Below, piece after piece: positions 38,577 through 52,512 of a stretch of 64,000 nt of DNA. Each line of letters opens with the position of its first letter. Position 1 is the stretch's first letter. Origin of the DNA: Monocercomonoides exilis PA203 (Eukaryota; Protista; Preaxostyla); contig LSRY02000076.1 of the NCBI GenBank assembly GCA_001643675.2, positions 1-64,000 of the forward strand, given 5' to 3'. Under the pieces are notes generated by a model. The model had not been told where the DNA came from. It was given only the letters and a program-made list of their open reading frames with translations, and did not search any database. Made by a program: the position numbers and the translations under genes.

Positions 38577-39473
38577 TTATCTCTTTCTTTTTGTTTGAAT
38601 GAGTGCAGGCAGTTCTTCTTCAATAACTTTCTTCTGCATAAACTCTACGCAGCGTGCGAAGGTGAGCTTGATATCTGGCTCTTCTTCTTCCAGTTCTTCT
38701 CCTTTTTTTCCTTTCTTTTTCTTTCCTGTGGCACTTTTCCCTCGCATTCCAGAAGATGTTGAACTTCCAGTTTTGGGGCGAGTAGGTGAAGATGAAGTTG
38801 CTCTCCCTCCTTTCTTTTTCTTTTTCTTTGGATCTTCCTCAGGAGGAGGCGGCATAATTTCTCTCATCAACAAATCATACTCTGCAACTGTGAGCTTTTC
38901 TCCTTCACTCATCAGCAATGTTCGCAATGCTGCTTTATCAACGTTTTCTGGTGCTCCCTATATAAGAATGAACAAATTAAGTAATAAAAAAATGATTCTT
39001 TGAATATATTTTTATAAAGAGACAAACATCTTCTTTAGGTAAAAGTTGAAATGATTCATTTATCTCTTCTTCATCTGCAAATTGAATGGAAGATGCAATT
39101 TGAATAAACATCTCTTCATTCACTTGAGGAGATCCATGATTAAGTTCTGCATTCACATTATGCACATCTCCAGCTAAAAAGATATAGCCAAGAGATCGCA
39201 AAGCGGTAATGGCATCATCAATAGTTATCTACAACGAATTTTTATTAAGAAAAAGAATTTATATTAACTTGAAGCTAATAATTATCATCAAACAAAGTTT
39301 GGTTCTTTCTTTTTAATGAATAATTTGTATGTTGCGGTTAATTCATTAATTTGAGCTTCAGTTAATTTCGGCTTGTCAAATGCTTCGTCAGAAAGTCCTT
39401 CATCCATCATTTCATAACTAGGCTGCTCAAAACTTCCAGGGCTTGGAACTCCAGTTGTATCATCAAAACTCAT
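38577..39473 (-). CDS. Divergent calmodulin/centrin-like EF-hand protein (3 exons)
   Basis: LTEAQINELTATYKLF, ALRSLG, EEEINESFQLL and LRTLLMSEGEKLT follow the calmodulin helix pattern. Confidence 0.75.
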
Positions 39474-39721
39474 AATTGCAAGTTTTTAATAAATTGAAAG
39501 TTAACAGTTATAAATTTTCACGCTATCAAAGAAAACGTTTAATTTGATGATCGTAACCAATATAACATTAAATGCATCATATTTAAAATAATGGATGTGC
39601 TTTGAAGTTAGATCAGTCAAAACGACACGTTAGTTCAAGTATCAAAAGGTTATTTTAATTGGTATGATACATTTGTTGTTAAACCATATAAAATGAATAT
39701 ATTTTTTGGTAATTGTTGCAT

Positions 39722-42700
39722 ATGCATATGTCACATGAATTACAGAGAATGAGTTTACTTAATTCTCTGACAATAGACCTTGTTCAAATTTATCAACGCT
39801 ATTCACCTGATTTCAAGTACAGCATATCTATTAAAGATGCGGGAAAAGTTCTAACTACACCTTCAGAACCTGTTCTGAACAATGGATTCGATAATGTTAA
39901 TAGCGATTGCATCTTAAGAGTTGGGGATATTATTTCGTCAACAGAAAATGTTGGAAATTTGCGGGGCAATCAATATCTTGTGGAATCTTTGTTGGGCCAA
40001 GGCAGCTTTGGACAAGTGGTTCGTTGTTTGAATGTTTCAACTCGACAAACATTCGCGTTGAAAATAATAAAAAATTTACCTGCATACACCAAGCAAGCAG
40101 CAGTTGAAAAAAGAATACTTGAGCGAGTGTGCATTCTGAATTCTTTTTTCTTCAACTCTTAAAACTATCGTTCTATGATTTGATTATTGTTGTTTTCTGA
40201 TTATTTTCTTTTACCAACAATAAATATCTTTTTAACGAAGATTAAAACCGATGATCCTGACAACAAACATCATATGCTTCGACTTGTCGAACACTTTATT
40301 TATCATGGGCATTTTGTATTTGTTACAGAGCTTCTTGGAGTTGATTTGTACAATATTTTAAAGCAAAATCGATTCAGAGGATTTTCGTTAAGTTTAATTT
40401 CAAAAGTTTGCATTCATTATTATTATTATTATGGAAGTTTATTTTATTTTTTTTTCAAATTCATGTTTGATGTTTTATTTGACGTGTTTTCTAAAACTTA
40501 TAATTTCAGATAATGAGACAAATTCTTGATTGTCTTTGCTTATTAAGCAGTTCAAGAGTGATTCACTCGGATTTAAAACCAGAAAATATATTACTCGATC
40601 AGTATGTTTTTTATTGTATTTTTCATTTTTATGAAACTTAACAATATTTCTATGTATTTTTGTTTATTTGAAAAAAAACATTTTTTTTCTGATTAACTGA
40701 TTCACTTGATGAACAAAATCTCGACTGCAATATCACAAATTAATTAATTAATCATCTTCCCTCCAGCTGTCTTCCTCGCATCTGTGTGATCGACTTTGGC
40801 AGCGCGTCATTTTCCAACCATCTTCTCTTCACGTACATCCAGAGCAGATACTACCGAGCCCCTGAGATTCTGCTGGGCCTACCGTATGATGCGAAGATCG
40901 ACATGTGGAGTGTGGGTTGCATAGCGATGGAGCTGTGCATAGGGCACCCTGTGTTTCCTGGTGCTGACGAACACGACCAGCTCAGGAGGATACAGCAGAT
41001 GCTTGGGTGTGCTTTTGAGTGGAGGGAGAGGGGGAGAGGGGGGAAGGGGATGAATGGAATGGTTATTTTATTATTTTTTATTTGTGTTCGAGTGAGTTGT
41101 ATTGCGAATTATTTGGGTATCATATCATTTTATTTATTTTGTTAATTGTTTCTTTATTTTGAATATTGATGATTTCAATTTTATTTATTTTTAAATTTGA
41201 AATAATTTCTTTTTTTCTTTCATTCTTTTTCTTTCCTTTATTGATTAACACAATTCAAACAGCCCTGTTCCCACGCAAATGATTCGAATGGGCAAATTCA
41301 GCAGAAAGTTCTATTCGACTGATCCAACTCAGCCACACGGGTTGCGCTTCAATACACGTGAAGAATATCAAAGAGTATGATTATTGATATATATGTATTG
41401 AAGAATTAATTATTTTATTTTATTATTTTTATTATTATTTGTTCTTTTTTTAATCCTTTTGAAATATTTACTGTTATCACATTTGTAATTTAATTGATAA
41501 TCAATTAATCTTCTAATATTTATTTATTTAATTTAATTTAATTTAATTTAATTTAATTTAATTTAATTTAATTTAATTTAATTTAATTTAATTTAATTTT
41601 AATAATAATAATAATATAGCTGACAGGCATAGTGAAGCCGCTGTGTGAGTATGGGTATATCTATCCATCGCTTGAGGAGACAATCACCAGACACCAGATG
41701 AAATACTCACACGACGGCAAATCACACATGGGAGAACAAGGTTTGTGGTTGAGAAATAAAATGAAAATAAAAATAAAAATAAAAAAATAAATATTATATT
41801 TTATATTTTTTGATTGAATTATTATTATTATTATTATTATTTAATTTCTTTTATATTTTATGTACAAATTATAATAATAATAATAATAATATTTTTTTTG
41901 ACAATCCTTTCAAATTAATTTCTTCCCTCTTTGTCTCACTGTATTTATAACAATATCCCTTTTCTTTTCTCATCTTTCTTCCATTCCCATTTCCTCTTCC
42001 TCTTCCTCTTCTCTTCCTCCATCTCTTTCTCAGATTTCAAATGCTTCCTCCACTTTGTGCGTGGCTGTCTCTCTTACTTCTCTTCTCAAAGACTCACTCC
42101 TCAGCAGGCCATTCAACATCCATTTGTCACAGGTGCTGAATGGAGTGGAACTTGGAAACCTCCTCTGCTTCCTCCTCCACCTCCTCTTTCTTCTTCTTCT
42201 TCTTCTTCGATTCCTCATTCTCTTTCTTCTCATTCTTCTTCTAATTCTGTTTCTTCTACAACTTCTATTTCTTCGAATTCTCCTTCTAATTCTTCTTCTT
42301 CTCCTTCTTCTTCTTCTAAAAATAGTTCTCCATCAACTTCTTCTTCCTCCTCTCCTTCCTCTTCTTCTTCTTTTATGCCAGTTTCTCAATCAACCACACA
42401 AGCACTTCAACACAAAACATCCATTCCTTCTTCTTCTAATCCTTCCTCCTCCTCTTCTTCTTCTTCTTCTTCTCTTTCTCCTTCCTCTTCTTCTTCTTCT
42501 ATTTCAGATAGCATCTCCACTTCTCAACCAACCACAATCACTCACGCAATCACTAACACATCCACAAACACCCAAAATTCTTCATTCACTCTTTTCAATT
42601 CTGCTCATTCTAATTCTAATTCAATTTCTAATTCAATTTCGAATTCAAATTCGAATTTAAATTCGAATTTATCTTCTTCAAATGCCATTTTATTAAGCAA

Positions 42701-44398
42701 CTCTCAATCTCTTTGCAATGCTTCTAATCCTTCTAATCCTTCTTCTTCTACTACTTCTAATCTTTCTTCTTCTAATCCTACTTCTATAAATTCTTCTTCT
42801 TCTTCTTCTTCTTCTTCTTCTTCTTCTTCTTCATTTACTCCTTCCACACGCAATACAATTTCATCAACAACTTTATCATCATCATCATCTTCTGCTTCTT
42901 CTTTAAATTCTTCTTCTTCTTCTTTAAATTCTTCTGCTTCTTCTTTTGCTTCAGCTTCTGCTTCTATTTCCAGTTCTTCTTCTCTTTCTCGTCTTCCCAA
43001 ACAAACAATAAATTCATTCAATCAAACAAAACAACCAAACAGCAGCATCAACATCAGCATCACTCACAGACAATCTTCATCTTATCAGACAACTTTGCCT
43101 TCTTCACCTTCTAATTCTGCTAATCCTTCTTCTTCTTCTTCTACTACTACTACTACTACTACTTCTCTTTCTCCTTTATCTTCTCCTTATCCTGCTTTAT
43201 ATATTCAGTCAAAGCACAAATTGCCTTCTTCTTCTAATTCTTCTTCTTCTTCCATTTCTCGTTCCCCTCTAATTCCAGTTACAGACACCTGTTTAGTTAG
43301 AGAAGCACCTCAAATGCAGATGAAAGGGCAAATGACACAAAGTTATCAATCAGATCAATTGAATCAAATGTATCAGTTAAATCAGGTTAATCAAGTAAAT
43401 AAAGCTAATGGTGTAAATAAAATAAATCAAAGTTATCAAAGTTATCAAAATTATCCAACAAATCAAACTAAACCTATTTATCAATTGAATCAAATGAATC
43501 AAATGAATCAATTAAATCAAATGAATAAAATGAATAAAATAGATCAGTCAGTCCAAGCAATGCAAGCTATGCAGACAATGCAGCCATTGGTGGCTGTACA
43601 GAAACTGCAGCCATTCCAATCCATTCAATCCATTCAATCTATCCAATCAATACAGCCATATCAGTCAATGAAATCATCACAAATGGATGGAATAGATAAA
43701 TCAGATAAAATAGACAAAAATGATAAAGTAGATAGAATGGAGTATATTCAAAGAAATTGCATTCATCAGAGCAGAAATAGCATCAATAGCACAAAAGACA
43801 ATGTTGATAGGATAAACCCAATGGAAAGTGCAGAAACAGATGGAGAGAATGAAATAGATACAAATGCAATGGCAAGTGTTAATGCAATCAACACATCTGG
43901 TGCTGTGACAAATATTGTTAGTCCTTCATCTTTATCTCCTTCTTCCTCTTCTCCTTCTTCCTCTTCTCCTTCATCATCATCTTCTTCTTCTTCTTCTTCT
44001 TCTTCTTCTTCTTCTTCCACTTATTCTTCTTCTTATTCCTCTTCAGTTCCTTTTTCTTCTTCCTCTCTTTCTCATTCATATACACCTTCAACTGATGATC
44101 AAATCCCTCTTTCTTCTTCTTCCTCCTCTTCCTCTTCCTCTTCAATTTCAAGTTCTTCTTCCTCTTCCTCTTCCTCCTCTTCTTCTTCTCTTCTCTCTTA
44201 TCCTTCCATCAACTCCATCTCCACCTCCTCTCAAACACCAATAGAATCCAATCTTTCTTGTTTGAGTGTGCTTTCTAATTCTTCTCTTTCTCAGCCGCCT
44301 CAACAAAACTCTCTTTCTTTCTTCTGTTTGCCTGTTAATTCTTCTCTTTCTGCTTCTGGATATCCTTCTTCTTATCAATTTGCTTATCCTTCTTCTTC

Positions 44399-44431
<33 letters not shown>

Positions 44432-44750
44432 TTCTTCTTTATCGTCTTCTTCTTCTTCTTCTTATCAATCCATTCATTCCTCTTCTTATCCTTCTTCTCA
44501 TTCATTTAGAAATAATGCTTCATTACTTCCATCTTCTTCTTCAGCATCTTTATCTTCTTCTTCTTCTTCTTCTTTGTCATCATCATCCTCTTCCTCCTCT
44601 TCTCCTTCTTCTGTTCCCAATTGCTCTCAAATGGAATCATTGAAAACAATAAACAAAACATCTTCATCATTATCACTTTCTTCAACTTCTTCTTCTTCTT
44701 CTTCAAATCCTTCAAATTCTTCTTCATTGTTGAGTTATGCTCATCTATAA
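39722..44750 (+). CDS. YAK1: YAK1-type DYRK-family protein kinase with long Ser-rich tail, multi-exon
   Basis: VLTTPSEPVLNNGFDNVNSDCIL, LGQGSFGQVVRC, ALKIIKN, IHSDLKPENILL, DFGSA, TYIQSRYYRAPE and IDMWSVGC. Confidence 0.88.
41527..41598 (+). repeat. (ATTTA)n microsatellite in a YAK1 intron
   Basis: About 14 tandem pentamers. Confidence 0.9.
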
Positions 44751-44904
44751 CATCCCATTCACATAAGGTGCTTTGTATTTTTTTTCTTCTCTTCTCTTCT
44801 CTTCTCTTCTTTTCTTTTCTTTTCTATTTCATTGCGTGTGATGCTGCTAAGCAACCGTTTTGCGTATCTTCTTTTTATTTGATTTGATTTTGAGTTTTTG
44901 ATTT

Positions 44905-44937
<33 letters not shown>

Positions 44938-44984
44938 TATTCTTCTTTGATTTAATGTTAATTTTTTATATAGTTTTTATTTAA

Positions 44985-45017
<33 letters not shown>

Positions 45018-46578
45018 GCTAATTCTATCGTGATTGTGATTTTTATTAACTTATTTAATTTTTCTTTTCTTTTTTTATTGTTTGATAAGAAATGAAGCCT
45101 GATGAATGGAACACTTTCACTCAATCAATCCACTTTTGTGAATGAATTTATTGAATGAATAAGTGAATGAATGAATGAAGAATTTTATTAGTTGGTTGAA
45201 TGAATGAACAAAGAAGTGAGTTAATAAGTAAATATATATATAATTTCTCTTTTCTGGTGTTTTCCTATTTTTCTATTTGATAATCATAAAGTTTTGTATT
45301 ATATATTTTTCTTTTATTTTATTTTTTTTCTTTTAATTTTTTATTTTTTATTTTTTATTTTTTATTTTTTTGATTATTGGCATTTGACTCTTGATTAATT
45401 ACAAGTGTTGCTCATTAGCTTTTTTAGTCAGTTCTTATATATATGTGCTCTTGTTGCTTTCTTTGCATCTTTTTCTCTTTCTATTTTTCTTTCTTATTCT
45501 TATTACTTTTGATTGCATTTGTAAAGCTTTGATTTTTTGAGTAATTTATTCGGTAATTTGTTGTTCGTTTTTTATTTTTATTTTTAATTTTTATAATTTT
45601 TTGAATATTATTTTAAGAATTTGGTTAAAAGGAAAAAAAAATGAAAATTTTTTGATTTTGTTTTTTTATTCCTTTTTTTCTTTTTAACTCTTTCTCGATC
45701 TCTTTCTTTTTTAAATACCTTTTTCGTATGAATGTTTCATTGAAACAGGTTATCCAAGCGTTGCATTGTTTTCCATATCACAGGAAATTCCAAATGCGAT
45801 TTTATCTTCATTTGATTTTTGAAGAATTGTATTTGGTATTTGTGGCCTTTTCGTTCAATTTCATTTCGTTAATTCAGATAATGCACTTTTATTCAAATAA
45901 ATAAATAAATAAATAAAATTAATATTTCATTTCAAGTTATTTATATTTTTTTGTTTATTCATTTTTTTGCTTTGATATTTATACCAAGTATTGAAGCAAA
46001 CCACACAAAAAAACAAAACAAATGAAAAGTTATTTGCTAAATGAGTAATTTTTTTTTAAATAGCAGATAGCTTTTGAAATGGTAAGGAAAATGAATGTGT
46101 GAATGAATTTCCTTCAAGAAAAGCAATAGAAGGAGAAAGAGAAAGAGAATGAGAAGGAGAAGATATTATTTACATTTGCAATGAATGAAGATAATTTATA
46201 TCACAAGAAAGAGAAGGTTATGAAATAGGCAAAATTGTAAATAAATTAAATGAAAATGAAGATTAAATGAAACATTTAATATGAAGTCACAAGGAAAAGA
46301 ATGAAGAAATGAAGAAAATTTTGGTGAAATACAAAAAAGCTAAAAAAAAAAGAAGAAGAAAAGGAAAAGAATGAAAATGAAGCATGATCGAAATTGAATG
46401 GCAAATGTAGATTGGAAAAGAAAATGTTTGTTTTTGAATAGAAAGAGCATTGATGAAAATGGAAGGAGCAATTGATTGAATGAAAAGGAGCTTTAAAAAA
46501 TGAAGAAGTAAAAATTTTGAGAGTTTATTTGAAGAAGAAGAAAAAGAAAAAGAAGGCTTAATTGTGATGTGTGTTCCA

Positions 46579-47735
46579 TCACCTACGCGTGGCAGCAAGC
46601 GCAGCAATCTTAAATCATTCAAAAGAACAAATAAAATAAAATAATAATAAAAAAAAGATGTTAATGTTCAATAAAAAAACAATAAATATTTTATTTATTT
46701 TTAATCTTAATCAAAATGAATAGCATACAGATGGTGTTGGAGTTGATCCAGACAGCTTTCCAGCTGGTTTGAAGACTTTCTCTTTCTCTCTTGTTCTCAT
46801 CATGCCTGGTGTCGTAGAAGAGGCTAGATCCAAAGGCGAAGAACCTAAACAAACAAGTATTGAAGGAATATATAATGTCACATTTATCGATTTTTCATTA
46901 TATTTAATGAGAATTATTCCATTTGAAATATATAATTAAAAAAATAAAATTATGAAGATTAAGTACAAAAATGGAAAGCATGAGTCGAAAATCTGTTCAT
47001 ACCGACCATGTACTCAGGAAATGGCGAAAAGGTGGAATTCAGACCCTTTTTGGGAGGGTTTGACGGTCTGAACGGAGGCAAATTCTTTTTATTCGAAGAA
47101 GGAGAAGCACTTCTGCGTCCTCCTCTGCCTTTCGCATCTTTGGTTGAGTCATTTGGTTCATATGGCTGGCTTGTGTATTCAAACGAATTAAAGCATCCAT
47201 GCGTATCCCCAGGACCGGTTCTGCGCATATTTTTAAAAAAAGCAAGCAATCAATACATGACCCACAAGCAAAAAGAATTTTTATACAATTTTTTTGTTGG
47301 GCTACTTGGTACAAATGGCTTTATATGGCGTTTTGGAGATGGTGATCTCTTTGGCGAAACTTCTCTTGTAGCAGGGCCAGTCTCAATATATAATTTAAAA
47401 AATACAAGAATATAATGAAGAATTGTTATAATTCTCGAAGGCTTCATTGACTCGTCATACTGTAGCAAGAGATTCAAATTTTCCAAAAGTAGCATCGTTG
47501 TGGGTTCCCTTTTTCGGGGGAATAATTCCAAACTGTCTTCCCTTGTACCTATCGCTAGCTGTGACAGTGTTTTTATCAGCAATGTATGGATCCTTTTATT
47601 ATACTGTAAATAACAACATAAAAATTAAGTAATTTGTCACACCCCAATTGACAAGTAAACAGGTTTGCTAAATGTATCAAAAACTTTTAAATCGTGGATT
47701 GGATCTGTAGATTCCGCTCTTTTTCTCGTACTCAT
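46579..47735 (-). CDS. CFAP96: Cilia/flagella-associated protein, C4orf47/DUF4586-like, multi-exon
   Basis: FSKPVYLSIG|DPY, KGRQF, KPFVPSSPTKK|TGPGDTHGCF, PFRPSNPPKKG and FSPFPEY; last exon IAALAATRR*. Confidence 0.65.
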
Positions 47736-47998
47736 TTTGCAGAGCTAAAGAAAAAATAAATACTAAATCGGTTAATTCCAGAAAATATACTTATGGGAAT
47801 GCAAATTTTTTCATCTAATATTTGCAATTTAATATGTGCATGAAACGGGAAAAAATTAATAAAACTCAATAAAATGAACTAAGCAGAATCACAACAATTA
47901 TCTTACAAACATATTTAATGAATACAATAAAAAATCTCAATTTTTTAACACAAATAACATAATTACAATTAATACTCTAAACAAAAATTGCCAAACAA

Positions 47999-49479
47999 TT
48001 ATAAAACATTATCTTCAACCTCTTCAGCATTCTCTTCATCTTCGTATTCTTCGTCGCTGCTGGAAGCTCCAATTTGATACACTTGATATTCACTTATCAG
48101 ATCTTTAATGTTCTCTTGAGCTTCTGTGAATTCTATTTCTTCCATGCCTTCTCCTGTGTACCAGTGAAGGAAGGCCTTTCTTTTAAACAGCGCTTCAAAC
48201 TGCCTCAAAACACGCTGAAAGCATTCGTAGATGGATGAGGAGTTGCTCAGCAAAGTGGATGAGATCTTCGCATCCCTCGTTGGAATGTTGCATATCGTCG
48301 TTTTGAAGCTATCCGGTGCCCATTCAACGAAATACTCTGAGTTCTTGTTTTTGACATTAAGCATCTGCTCGTCCACTTCTTTTGTGGACACCTTGCCTCG
48401 GAATATCGCACATGCTGTCATATACACCCCGTGGCGTGGATCGGAAGAATTCATCACGTTTTTCGGGTCAAACATCTGCTGCGTGAGCTCAGGGACTGTT
48501 AAAGCGCAATATTCCTGCGAATTCATCGCCATTAAAGGCGCGATGCTGCTTGTCAAGAAGTTAAATCTGGGGAATGGAACCAAGTTAACTGCAAGCTTTC
48601 GTACGTCAGAATTTAGCTGCCCCGGAAATCGTTGCATGCACGTTATGTCAGACATGGTATGACAAATAAGACGGTTCATGTCATCATAAGTAGGGTTGGA
48701 TATATGAAGAGTATTCGAGCAAATGTTATAAAGAGCATCGTTGTCAAAGCAAATTGTTAAGTCTGAGTATTCGATGAGAGTGGAAAGAGTTAAGATACAA
48801 TTATATGGCTCAACAACATTGCTAGACACTTTCGGTGAAGGAAGAATGGGAAATGTTGTTATGATTCGATCAGGAAGTTCTAAGCGCTTTTTGAAAATTA
48901 TAAGATCTCCTAAGCCAGATCCAGTTCCTCCTCCCAGAGAGTGGAAAACTTGAAGTCCCTGGAGGCAATCGCAACCTTCTGCTTCCTTTAGGATGATATC
49001 CAAAATAGAGTCGATTAATTCAGCTCCTTCTGTGTAATGTCCCTTTGCCCAGTTGTTTCCTGCTCCTGTCTGTCCGAAGACAAAGTTGTCAGGACTGAAC
49101 AATTCTCCCAACGGGCCAGCTCGAACATTATCCAAGGTTTCCTGCTCCAAATCAACAAGAACGGAACGTGGAACATATTTTCCACTAGATGCCTCATTAT
49201 AGTAAACGTTGATTCTCTCGAGTTGCAATTCAGACTCTCCGTGATATGTTCCTGTTGGGTCAATTCCGTGTTCACTGGAAATGCATTCCCAGAACTTAGC
49301 CCCAATCTTGTTTCTTGAGGTTTTTTTCATTCATTTAACATATAAGAAAATGAGATTTGTTGAAAGTACAAATTATCAAGAAATTTTTAGAAAAATTCAA
49401 CAAGATTAGGAATGATAATGGAAAAATTATTTTAATCTAACCCACATTGCCCAACATGTATTGAGATAACTTCCCTCAT
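47999..49479 (-). CDS. TUBB: Divergent beta-tubulin (intron ~49316-49441)
   Basis: [13 protein letters not shown]|[51 protein letters not shown] and an acidic tail. Confidence 0.93.
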
Positions 49480-50567
49480 GCGAGAACAAACGAGGACTTT
49501 TTTATAAAAAATTTTTCTTTGCTAAGTTTTGATCTTATCCAACATAGATTTTTGAATTACGATTTGACAAATGGGGCAAAATTTTTTCGTTTATGAAAAA
49601 AACAACGATTTGTTCCAAACTTTTTCCACAACCTTATCATGAGAAATCTTGCATTCCTATGTCAAAAAAATACAGAAAAATTCTAAAACTGAGAAAAATG
49701 TTTGTTGGAGAAGAATGGAACAAAATTTTTAAAACAAAAAATTTTGTCCCAAATTTTTATTTGAAAAATGGATTATCAAAAACGAAAATTTTAAATAGAA
49801 CATACATTTTATGATGTGCTGAAACTTATTTCACAATTATCTATCACTGAAACAGTCCAAAATAAAATCAAAATGAAAATTCAAACAAACGAGTTAATAG
49901 TTATTTCATTCAAAATAATAAATTTGCATTCAAATATATAAATTTTGTGTTCGAATAGTGAATTCTTCAAACAAAACAATAGCAACTGCATTCTTAATGA
50001 AAATATCTTGTGGTTTCAATGTAATAAAAATTATATGCATTTAAAATTTGTCTCGAAAAATTAAAAATAAAAAAAAATTTTTTTTTCGAATAAGAAAATA
50101 TAAACAACACAGAATAACTACCAATTCAAAAGAGAAAAAATGATTTTCAAAAAATTTATTGAGAGAGTGAATAAATATTTGTTAGGTTTTAAACAATTAT
50201 TATTTCGAATGCAAAAATCATTATTTCGCTTAAAAAATTTTTAATAAGTTTGTTAATTTTCCATTTTGAATGAAAAAATTCTCATTTTGCATAATTTTTG
50301 GTGTTTTCTGGTAATCATTTAGAAATCATGTTATTTCTGTCAAAAGTTTCAGTTTTTGAATTCTCTTGGAAAATTGATTGATTCATACTGAAACGATTCA
50401 ACTCCTTTCAAAAAATATTTTAATATGAATTGAATATAGAGCATTGTTATTTTAAACAATTCTCCATTTTTTCCCTTTTATATAAATAATTCCTCTCCAC
50501 AAAAATTAAACATTTGAAAAATCAACACACCCAAAAAATGTTACGATTTCAACAATAATCACCAATA

Positions 50568-50809
50568 TGGGAGATTTTTTATGAAAAGTCACAAATGTTT
50601 AATTTTCTGATAAATCTAAAATTACATATTTTGCTTAATATTTTGTTTGCAAATATCAAACATCACTTAAATGGAATCTATTGCTTTTTAATACTATTTC
50701 AAACATTCTTGAGGAGATTTGTGAGCTGAAACAGAAATTTGAGCAAAAAATAATATTTGAGATTTATATGAAAATTAAACATGTGTGACTTTTCAAAAAG
50801 AATCACCCA
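50568..50809. mobile_element. 242-bp MITE with TA TSD, related to the TGGGTGATT family
   Basis: TA-TGGGAGATTTTTTATGAAAAGTCACAAATGTTTAATTTTC ... AAAATTAAACATGTGTGACTTTTCAAAAAGAATCACCCA-TA. Confidence 0.8.
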
Positions 50810-51220
50810 TATTAATGAAAGGAAAGTGATTATATAACAAAATTGTGAAATCATAAGAATAGAAAGTGAAATTTTTAACGATCCGAAATTGTCACTTAGG
50901 AAAAATTGTCAATTCATTTTTTCAAAAGAAAGTCTTAACAATATGGGAAAATTTTTTTTGAAATCATAACTTTTTTCGGAGTGTTAATTGTACTGAGGTT
51001 TTGTATCTTTTAAAAGAAATATCTCTTTCAAAAGAAAAATGCATATTTATTGTTGATAACGACAATGTCTGAGAATACTATAATAAAATATTAATTTTCA
51101 AAAATAGTTTCAATTATTCAGTGTTCACACATCAATATACAAAGTGAATATTCAAATTGAAATGTTTGATTAATATAATTTGGAAATAAAAATTAACATC
51201 CATATGTTTTTGAAGGATAA

Positions 51221-51485
51221 AAAATTGGAATATGTCTTTATTTTTTTGAAAAGTTCCTTTTGTTTTATTTTCAAATATAGAAAAAATTTCATATTTCGAT
51301 CAGATTTCTGTTCCCACTCACCAAATTTCGCTGTTATGAAAGTGAAATCTTAACAATGTTATTATTTCCATTCAAGAAAAGTTTCGTAAGTGCGAACAGA
51401 AATTTGATCGAAATAAGATATTTTATTTTTTCTGAAAATAAAACAAAAGGAACTTTTCAAAAAAATAAAGACATATTCAAAATTT
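51221..51485. repeat. Foldback/MITE-like inverted repeat with ~100-bp arms
   Basis: 51228-51273 is a perfect 46-bp reverse complement of 51433-51478; imperfect pairing continues inward. Confidence 0.8.
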
Positions 51486-51494
51486 ATCATATTT

Positions 51495-51555
<61 letters not shown>

Positions 51556-52480
51556 TTTTTAAATTTTGTCAGTGAATATCGAATTTCAATTTTTATTAAT
51601 AATTGTGAATGTATTTTCTTGTTTCATGAAAGATGTTTGGTACGAAGAATATTAGTATCAGTTGAAAAAGGAGAACCGATAAACAAGAAATTTATTGTTT
51701 TCATGCTAAAAATGAAAAAAAATTTCTGAAAAAGCAATTTTAATCTTCATTTTCATATTTTTTTTCGTTTGATTTTAAATAAAAAATCTAGCAAAATTTG
51801 AAAATTTTAAATAGAAATACTCTCTTTTCAGGCGAATGCAACGCATCTATTAATTGATTTTTAGAGATGGACAGCAAACGTCGAAGAATATTTTCTCATC
51901 CAAAACACAAAGCTCTATAACAATGAATTTTTTTTTCACAAACAAAGGAACCTTGAAAGTCTCCACTAAACGCAAAATATCTCAAATAAAAAAAGCAGAA
52001 AAACAAAATCGTAATACATAAATCTTTTGTGAAATATCTCTAAATCAATATATGTATGTATACATCCATATGCAGAAATATTCATAACCGGCTGCAAAAG
52101 ATTCTTTAAATATTTCATACAGTCAAAAACATCATAATTCAATGATCTTTTCTGTACAAAACATCAAAACATACATAAATCAATTTTTCTTCACAAATAA
52201 TTCAATAACTCCCCAAAATGCAAAATTTAAATCTTAGTAAATTATTCATTTGAAAATTTGAAGAAGAAGAAGAAGAAGAAGAAGATGATGATGATGAAGG
52301 TAATTTGTGCATTGACTGAATATATAAAGCAGGATAAGGAGAAGATAAAGGAGAAAGAAAAGAAGAAGAATAAAAATAAAAATAAAAATAAAAATAAAAA
52401 TAAAAATAAAAATAAAAATAAAAATAAAAGAAGACGATGATGATAAAGTTGTTGATGAAATTGCATTGCGTGTGGAAGAA

Positions 52481-52512
<32 letters not shown>

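Noticed and set aside
42030-44727. Poly-E, poly-K and poly-L ORFs overlapping YAK1
   Set aside because: Alternative frames of TCT repeats.
51497-51552. Long poly-A (also at 26020, 28946, 44907 and 59982) as retroposon tails
   Set aside because: No TSDs or associated element bodies; homopolymers are common throughout the window.
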